The notes beneath the pieces were generated by a model, which had not been told where the DNA came from, did not search any database, and saw nothing but the letters and a program-made list of their open reading frames with translations. The translations under genes were made by a program, and so were the position numbers. This document shows positions 59,301 to 64,000 of a DNA stretch of 64,000 nt, one piece after another. Position 1 is the first letter of the stretch; each line of letters starts with the position of its first letter. This DNA is from Candidatus Multivoradales bacterium (GTDB taxonomy: Bacteria > Acidobacteriota > Thermoanaerobaculia > Multivoradales > Multivoraceae), in the NCBI GenBank assembly GCA_965223325.1, contig CBDCWI010000002.1:1984001-2048000 (forward strand). The letters run 5' to 3'.

Positions 59301-62300
59301 GCGCCAACGGTCAAAGACCAGCACTTCTAGATTCCAGTCGGGCGCATTGTGCACCAGGCCGGACGGTTCTTCGGTGCGCCAGTCAATCCGCATTTCCTGC
59401 ACATGGCGCGGCGCCGTCATCAGCGCTTCGAGTTCGAGGAAGCTCGACGTCGCGCGCGGCGACCAGAAAGTCAGAGGATCGTCGTCGAAGGCAAAGGTCG
59501 CATCCGAGGTTGCGTCCGTCGAAGTGGCGTCGATCTCGGCGAAATCGCGCACCTCGACGTTGGCGAGCACGGGCTCGCCGTTGCGGAACAGCCGGAAACC
59601 CACCACATCGGTTTCGGGGTGGGCATCCCAGTCCAGGGTGACATCGAATCCAGAAACACTGGTGACCAGACCGGTCGGAGGAGCTGGCGGCAGGTCAGCC
59701 AGGAGTGAGAGCTCAGCCGCACTACTGATGTTGCCTTCTGCGTCGGTCGCCGTCGCGATCAGCTGGAGCTGACCTTCCACCAGCGGAATATCCTCGAACA
59801 GGAAGTTGCGCGGCGTACTCACGGTCTCGAGCTCAGCAAACACACCACCCGGTCCCTCGACCCGCAGCTCGATTGTGAAACCTGCTTCTGGAAAGTCATC
59901 GCCCGAACCCAGCACAACCCGTCCGGGTAGCTCCTGCAGGGTCGTCTCGGGATGCGGCGACGCCGGGAAGGCGCTCCAGAAGACAGAGAAGACGCGCGCC
60001 TCGGCAGGATCAGACCACTCACCGATGTTGTCGAAGTCGTCTACCGCAGCGACGCGGTAGATCCAGAGTCCGCGCGACAATGAAGCATCGAGGTAGGTGG
60101 TTTCAACGATCAGATCGGTTGTGACCTCAGTCCAAGATGACTGGTCGGCGCGCCGGCGTTCGAGGCGATAGCCGACCAGGTCGCTGTCGGTCGCTGCGTT
60201 CCAGGCAAGCTGGACGTCGCGAGCGGTTGCCTGGGCAACCAGCCCGCTTGCTCCATCGGGCGGCGTGAGGTCGGCGTACTCAAACGTCGAGACCGGCGGT
60301 GCGGGGTCGACCCGACCACCGGAATCCGTTCCGACGGCGCGGAAGCTGTAGGTGCCAAAGGAGCGGCCCTCAGGATCCCAGGTTGCTTCGAAGGGTGCTT
60401 CCTCGTCGAGCGAGACCAGGACAAAGCCGCCCAGATCGACTTCGAAACGAACCGACGCGAGGTCCGTGTCGTCGCTGGTTGCGGTCAGCACGAGAATGCC
60501 GGTGAAACGCGTCCCCTCCTCGGGGTCGACAATGCGTGCACTCGGAGCGCGACGCTCGATGGTGGCTTCAGAAGGCGCTGAGGGCAAGCTTAAATTGCCA
60601 GCGGTGTCGATCGCGTAGACGATGTACTCAAAGGTTCCATCGGGGCTCTCGGCATCGGTCCACTGCGTGTTCTCGAGAATGAACGGCGCAAGGTCACCAA
60701 CCACGGCGCCTGAGGCGTTGACCAAACGACCGTCGCGGTAGAGCAGGTAGCCCGCAAGATCGGGCTCACTGTTCGAAGCCCAGGTGACGGCGATGTCTCG
60801 ATTCGCTACGGCCTCAGCGACCAATCCGCTGGGCTGGGCGGGCGCGACATTGTCGACCACCACGTCGACGCTCACGCTGGCGAGATTGCCGACCTGGTCG
60901 ACAGCCTCGAGCGTGAAGGTATAGGGCGCTCCTTCGGGTTGGCCAAACGAACTCCACTCGCCAAGCAGATCGAGCACCACCGGCGCCGGCGACTGGCGCA
61001 ACAGGGTGCGTTGTGCCGGCTGACCCGTAGGTTCTACGAACAGTCGATACTCGAAGAAGTCGCTCGGGCTGTGAGCGCTGCCCTCGATCTCGACCAGGCC
61101 ACGGACGCGATCTCCATCCTCCGGTGCAAGCAGGCGAACAGTCGGCGGCTTGCGATCGAGGGTCAAACGGGCCTCGTTGGAAGGCTCACTTTCGAGGCCG
61201 CCGAAATCAACCGCCGTCACCCGATAGCCATAGTCACCGTCGGCCAGCGCCAGATCGAGATAGGTGGGCAACGCCTGGGGAGGCACCAATGAGGCGCTGA
61301 TGCGGGTGCCATCGCGGTAGACGTAGTAGCCCGCGAGATCGCTCTCGGTGTTCGCCTCCCAGGCGAGCCGCGCATCGCGCTCGCCCTCAACCGTCACGAC
61401 CAGGGCGCGGGGCGCTGCCGGTGGTGTGAGATCGACCGTAATGCTGTGAACCGTCTCAGCAGAGTTGCCGGCATGATCAAGGCCGCGAAGGCGCAACGCG
61501 TAGACGCCGTCCGGCGGCAGATTGGCGAAACGATGGAGCAATGCTCCGGTGACCGACTCACCGTCCTGGGCGATCACCGACCAGCGGGTAGCACTCTCCG
61601 GGGTTCCCGGCGCCAACTCGAGCAGCCACACCGACAGATTGTCGTCGGAAGCGGTGCCGACTGTGTCAACCGGTTGGCCGATCTGCGCACCATCGATTGG
61701 CGCGTCGAGGGCAACCGTCGGCGGCGTTGCATCAACGGCAACCAGGATGGTGTCGGCTGCTTCCTGGCCTGCCAGATCAACCGCCACCAAGCGCAGGGTG
61801 TAGAGACCATCGGCAAGACCGGCCAGCGACCAGTTCGCGAGGAGGTCGGAGCTCGGAAGTTCGCTGCTCGACGCTAGGGCAGTAAAGCTCTGGGGCGGCC
61901 CGGCGGGACCGTGAGCACCGTATTCGAGTCGCCAGTTGTCGAGGTTTACCTCGACAACCGAGCCCAGAATCGCGACCGGACCCGAAACCGGTGACAGAAG
62001 CGCCTGTGGGGAGTTGGCTGGCGCCTCGGGATCACGCACTGGGCTGTCGATCGAAACGACCGGCGGCGTCTCGTCGATGGCGAACGCAATGAGCTGTTCG
62101 CTGGCGTTCTCAGCACGATCTGATGCTCTGCCCCGCAGATGGTACTCGCCTTCTGTTAGAGGCATTTCGCCACCCAGCCTGGCGACTTCGGCCTCGTCGA
62201 CCGGTGCCACGCCGGAGGCGACCGGAACCCAACTCGAACCGCCATCTGAGCTCAACTCGAACGACCAGTCACTGAGTAGCGCATCGCCAACGGTCACCAG

Positions 62301-64000
62301 AAGCGGACCCTCTGGGGGAGCAAACCCACGATCGACTGGGCGATGGAACACCAGCGTCGGTGGAGTCGAGTCTGTCTGCACAGTGACCAACTCGGTCTGC
62401 GAGGCTGCGCCGAAGGCGGCGGTGAGCTCGAGCGAATACTCCCCGTCGGCCAGCACTGCATTCGAGTCGTCGCGCCCGTCCCAGGGCACCACGCTCGCAC
62501 CCGCCGGGAAGAGCTCGCCCGCGCGGAGAGTTCGCCGCAGCGAGCCGTTGGCATCGAGCACCCGCAACGTCACTTCGGCCTCCTGGGACAAGGCGAAACG
62601 CACGGCGGTTTGGTCGCGGCGCCCGTCGTCGCCGGGCGAGAACAGGCGCGGCGCTGCATCGAGCTCGGTGATCAGAACGAGCGGGAAATCCACCGTGTGG
62701 GTGGTAGTGACTTCCGCCTGGTTGCCATAGATGTCGCGAGTTCGGAGGCGGAGCGTCATGGCACCGAAGAGATCCGCCAGGTTCCAGGTGCCCAGGTAGT
62801 GAGGTACCTCTTCACTGAGCGCGCGGCGCAGGTCGTCACCGTCGAACTGAGCGATGGGAGCCCAGGATTCCGGTGCCGGGCCGAAGCCGAAAGCCAGCTC
62901 AGCCGATTCGTAGTTCTCACTTCTCGGCTCACCTCGCACTGATCCGGTGACCTCGGTCAGAACTGTCAGGGGATCGCCAGAGAGCGGATAGTCGATTTCG
63001 GGCACAGGCGGTGTGGTGTCGAGCAACAGACCGCAGTGGCGACTGACTCTCAAGTTGCCGCAGGCGTCCTCGAAGCGTGCAACGACCGCGTAGAGGCCAT
63101 CGGCGGCGACCTGGCCATTCGCATCGCCACCGTCCCAACGCATCAACGCCCCACCGACATCCATGGGGAAGCTCTCAGCCAGCAACCTGGTCGCGGGAGT
63201 CGCCGGCCACGACGGATCGGGCCCACTGCACACCTCGGAGCGTGGCCACACACCGACATCGGCATGCACCGGTTCCGTTGTTTCGAGACGAATGAGCGCT
63301 TCGTCGAGGAACAGATCCTGGTTGGGCGAGAAACCGCGGTCGACTGACGTGATGGCACTGCCTTCGACTTCCGAGTCGACAAAGACACGCCGCTCCACGC
63401 ATCGCCGTTGGCCGGCCGCGTTCACCGCCTCCACGGTGAAGTCGAGAGCCCCTGTTCCGGTGAACACATCGTCGGCGAAGGGAAGCGGCTCACCCGGGAA
63501 GTGGTCCATGGCCTGCCCGAAAACACCGGTCGAGAAATCTCGACTGGCGGGGCTTGGCAGGGGCCCGCTACCAAGCGCCGGGCCCCCCCTGGTTGTCCGG
63601 AAGACGAAACCGACTGAGTCGACGATACGCACCTCGGGTACGAAGGCACCGCAGATGCGCTGACTCTCGAGAGGGAAGGTCACCTCGAGCTCCGGCGGCG
63701 TTCGATCGACGAGGACCGAGAACAGCCTCGTGGCTTCGCGGTCCTGGTCGTTGGTGAGTCGGGCCACCCACAGCTGCTGCCCTTCTGGAAGGCCGCTGGT
63801 ATCGAGATCGAACGCGAGAACCTCCCCGCTGGTGGGCTCGTTCAAGCTTGCGACGACCTCGAACCCACCATCGGCAAGTGGTCGCTCCAGGGTAAGGCGC
63901 TTGAGCGGTTCGCCATCGAGACTGGTTGCTCTCACCGAGATCGGCCACTCGCCGAGCGACGATGCGCCGCCCCCACACGAGCCGTAAGCCACATCGCGCT
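53373..64000 (-). CDS. Giant Ig-like/FN3/beta-propeller/CARDB surface protein with IPTL-CTERM tail (5' end probably outside window)
   Basis: >3500-aa ORF with repeated D-x-TPP, GYxVYRDG and AVDxxGNxS motifs, FlgD-like WDGRD, SPDG propeller blades, PDL...ESDETNN CARDB, and C-terminal IPVLGPFGLFLLVGLLLAFGVRR. Confidence 0.9.
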   Translation of the reverse strand, partial: RDVAYGSCGGGASSLGEWPISVRATSLDGEPLKRLTLERPLADGGFEVVASLNEPTSGEVLAFDLDTSGLPEGQQLWVARLTNDQDREATRLFSVLVDRTPPELEVTFPLESQRICGAFVPEVRIVDSVGFVFRTTRGGPALGSGPLPSPASRDFSTGVFGQAMDHFPGEPLPFADDVFTGTGALDFTVEAVNAAGQRRCVERRVFVDSEVEGSAITSVDRGFSPNQDLFLDEALIRLETTEPVHADVGVWPRSEVCSGPDPSWPATPATRLLAESFPMDVGGALMRWDGGDANGQVAADGLYAVVARFEDACGNLRVSRHCGLLLDTTPPVPEIDYPLSGDPLTVLTEVTGSVRGEPRSENYESAELAFGFGPAPESWAPIAQFDGDDLRRALSEEVPHYLGTWNLADLFGAMTLRLRTRDIYGNQAEVTTTHTVDFPLVLITELDAAPRLFSPGDDGRRDQTAVRFALSQEAEVTLRVLDANGSLRRTLRAGELFPAGASVVPWDGRDDSNAVLADGEYSLELTAAFGAASQTELVTVQTDSTPPTLVFHRPVDRGFAPPEGPLLVTVGDALLSDWSFELSSDGGSSWVPVASGVAPVDEAEVARLGGEMPLTEGEYHLRGRASDRAENASEQLIAFAIDETPPVVSIDSPVRDPEAPANSPQALLSPVSGPVAILGSVVEVNLDNWRLEYGAHGPAGPPQSFTALASSSELPSSDLLANWSLAGLADGLYTLRLVAVDLAGQEAADTILVAVDATPPTVALDAPIDGAQIGQPVDTVGTASDDNLSVWLLELAPGTPESATRWSVIAQDGESVTGALLHRFANLPPDGVYALRLRGLDHAGNSAETVHSITVDLTPPAAPRALVVTVEGERDARLAWEANTESDLAGYYVYRDGTRISASLVPPQALPTYLDLALADGDYGYRVTAVDFGGLESEPSNEARLTLDRKPPTVRLLAPEDGDRVRGLVEIEGSAHSPSDFFEYRLFVEPTGQPAQRTLLRQSPAPVVLDLLGEWSSFGQPEGAPYTFTLEAVDQVGNLASVSVDVVVDNVAPAQPSGLVAEAVANRDIAVTWASNSEPDLAGYLLYRDGRLVNASGAVVGDLAPFILENTQWTDAESPDGTFEYIVYAIDTAGNLSLPSAPSEATIERRAPSARIVDPEEGTRFTGILVLTATSDDTDLASVRFEVDLGGFVLVSLDEEAPFEATWDPEGRSFGTYSFRAVGTDSGGRVDPAPPVSTFEYADLTPPDGASGLVAQATARDVQLAWNAATDSDLVGYRLERRRADQSSWTEVTTDLIVETTYLDASLSRGLWIYRVAAVDDFDNIGEWSDPAEARVFSVFWSAFPASPHPETTLQELPGRVVLGSGDDFPEAGFTIELRVEGPGGVFAELETVSTPRNFLFEDIPLVEGQLQLIATATDAEGNISSAAELSLLADLPPAPPTGLVTSVSGFDVTLDWDAHPETDVVGFRLFRNGEPVLANVEVRDFAEIDATSTDATSDATFAFDDDPLTFWSPRATSSFLELEALMTAPRHVQEMRIDWRTEEPSGLVHNAPDWNLEVLVFDRWRVVAEVRGDESASTTITLPHLYKADGVRLDILTRRSEEGVIVVPQVAEFRTFEAPLVGGPPVVDTAPDGLHTYTVTAVDVFGFESVLSAPAAASVGDVVAPSPPSLVAVVVESSVQLSWTASPEPDVVAYAVERDGARIARHEDLSSLELVDGLLANGIYSYLVRALDAAGNASASSNVEVVEILAPSPLAPVALQVLAVRADAVDLAWQPPAGPPPAGYVVRRSAVSGGPYERVASTPAPPFTDRDLETGMQWFWVVTSIDAVGNESSVSNEVAATPIDAEPPAVPTILVPVRGGETYQTSSTPVPVGGRAEPGTGVRLERDDLLVAVGTATGAPVQHPSVTVFGSVVLAPWSARIVFEGSGEVVVRDVRTGIETKHPTEGDNSPIWLPDEEGFLYVGLDGIRRFLFDGARDESLTTARSGNLSLSPDGTLLALSGRRTVASGGTVTGIHIYDLTTGEWFVLAEGSTLVGERLRWSRDSAWFAWAGRSSDPGLFIWERATGSSGPVVRIEDTVSEVPVKWDAAGRVLVSRPHPSAPSEDQMVRITPSTGVVEDLGLGRLPVVSPDGSELAFVDPQSRIVVRDLSSGEEDVVDVSSARDLQFGPSGLLGSTGASHFFLDLPGRFQFPVALEPGSNLVRAIAVDSAGNPSAPSEAVNLVLEASQLPDLALEGGVSLLPVQPASGDTVRVGAAVKNRGGSVSQAATRFVLAVDLPDGAGGLVTSTLVDADVPPLAPGERLEFSADFEALAGVHIVRAVVDAANVIFESDETNNRSERSVDVPELAGPALTVELERDVWQAGDLVTGSARLSNAGDPLLGTLVVRVEDEAGFALATLSRVENLNLDFGASHIEEFLWDSAGVFAGTYVVVAELFDASLENGAPPVLVDRATLGLGAEAEVTAAIQTDRGRYTPPDEVEITASVSHLTTSAIVEDAISTVRVFDPNDVEVAMFERDHGTLLPGEERTALFAWSTDGALPGVWRVVHVLRGAGIDLATAETTFEVSLQPAALVGSLFGPSSAVAVGDTLPLDFTVRNVGGVDLAAIPVRVVLRRAESGEELGAVVELYDLAVQETISGRAEFATDGLELASYVAVLSADLPAPGGGVETVRLATIQVSLVDRQPPVLEFRSPATDGAFLAADARLVVAATDDLSGIERVEIAIDGGPFMLATLADIERGEFVLNASGLSEGTHTTTARATDRFGNVATAGPLTFEVDLTPPLITILGVIDGQQLTGTVTPVVQILEDHLAASSVLLNGLVFISGTDVSQPGSYLLQATARDLAGNQASTLVRFVILGDGPSVTLALDAEEGAPGVVVSGSATVSAASTALDGQLAVRVYDSAGSLVAVLVDGTAQVPADGSAEFPFTWDTAGVAPGVYTVRAVLTDGAGTVVSESAEVFTILVPQSVGLSVLADPANAEVGTEIAVRAQIDLQAGSEPLSGARLDLRIVEMATATVVASWQDNPADIPVGQSVVVERLWDSSGAAPGQYRVEADLFLVTELLANADSALQLGGTNEPPVVAIVEPLADALLPASFTVRVSATDDNSVDTVEIRMDGGAWLPATAMVAPFYERQVDGLADGLHQIEARATDGDGAEGRAQAISVEVDGTPPEITVTGVEHTVEYEHPVTPIITVEDPHLDTTEITLDFQPFESGTEVDANGAHFLVVVATDTLGNTARVEVRFILKIRPSFGFLILDPEDGESLLGPHEDVSGQADPGATVEVTATRVAHPHNSRVYPSVIAEADGSWLVPKVKLFRGLTRIDAVATTAGGEVLEDSITVEWLRPKLKAFLDRCFEEDRQLDRLFDHGDVLVWTLRVENVGDAAARGVTALVDVPSVLKTVPGSVQFGDGSPPEGCTSSRDASGPELEALHAFGGIEPGGARWLRFATRLAEAPLPGTRFVAIQGVLTAGDLEPTYSDDPTTVEKGDATVVDLSPSVIAIPVLGPFGLFLLVGLLLAFGVRRLGAGGRRAVGPDDGSTGGGL

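Overview
This is a GC-rich bacterial window. The IPTL-CTERM-tailed giant protein suggests an Acidobacteriota-like host (inference only). It has four blocks. (1) 1-4.7 kb: a partial CzcA/CusA RND pump and an SLC13/TrkA-C transporter. (2) 4.9-21.5 kb: a redox island. The operon rnfB-PFOR-rnfCDGEA-small Cys-rich protein-FNR is divergent from hemerythrin-korA-korB plus a degenerate PFOR beta-domain paralogue that lacks the TPP motif. (3) 21.8-32.3 kb: a divergent TetR-associated acyl-CoA catabolic cluster (2 ACADs, 2 crotonases, Ltp2-type thiolase-fold/DUF35 pair, citryl-CoA-lyase-like protein, CoA ligase, Zn-ADH, LEH-like protein). (4) 32.4-64 kb, minus strand: a >3500-aa Ig/FN3 IPTL-CTERM protein coupled to a ~3700-aa signal-peptide-bearing Rhs toxin with its immunity gene, followed by four orphan Rhs toxin-tip cassettes. 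The main novel signal is in these cassettes. All four start at the same nucleotide of the Rhs core, share an invariant 19-bp block that is part of a 29-bp imperfect palindrome, and carry a 154-156-bp non-coding module with an IHF-like site and repeated GGGNCAT motifs. This looks like a site-specific toxin-tip capture/swapping array, but no recombinase gene is visible in the window. All family assignments come from motif recognition by eye, not database searches.
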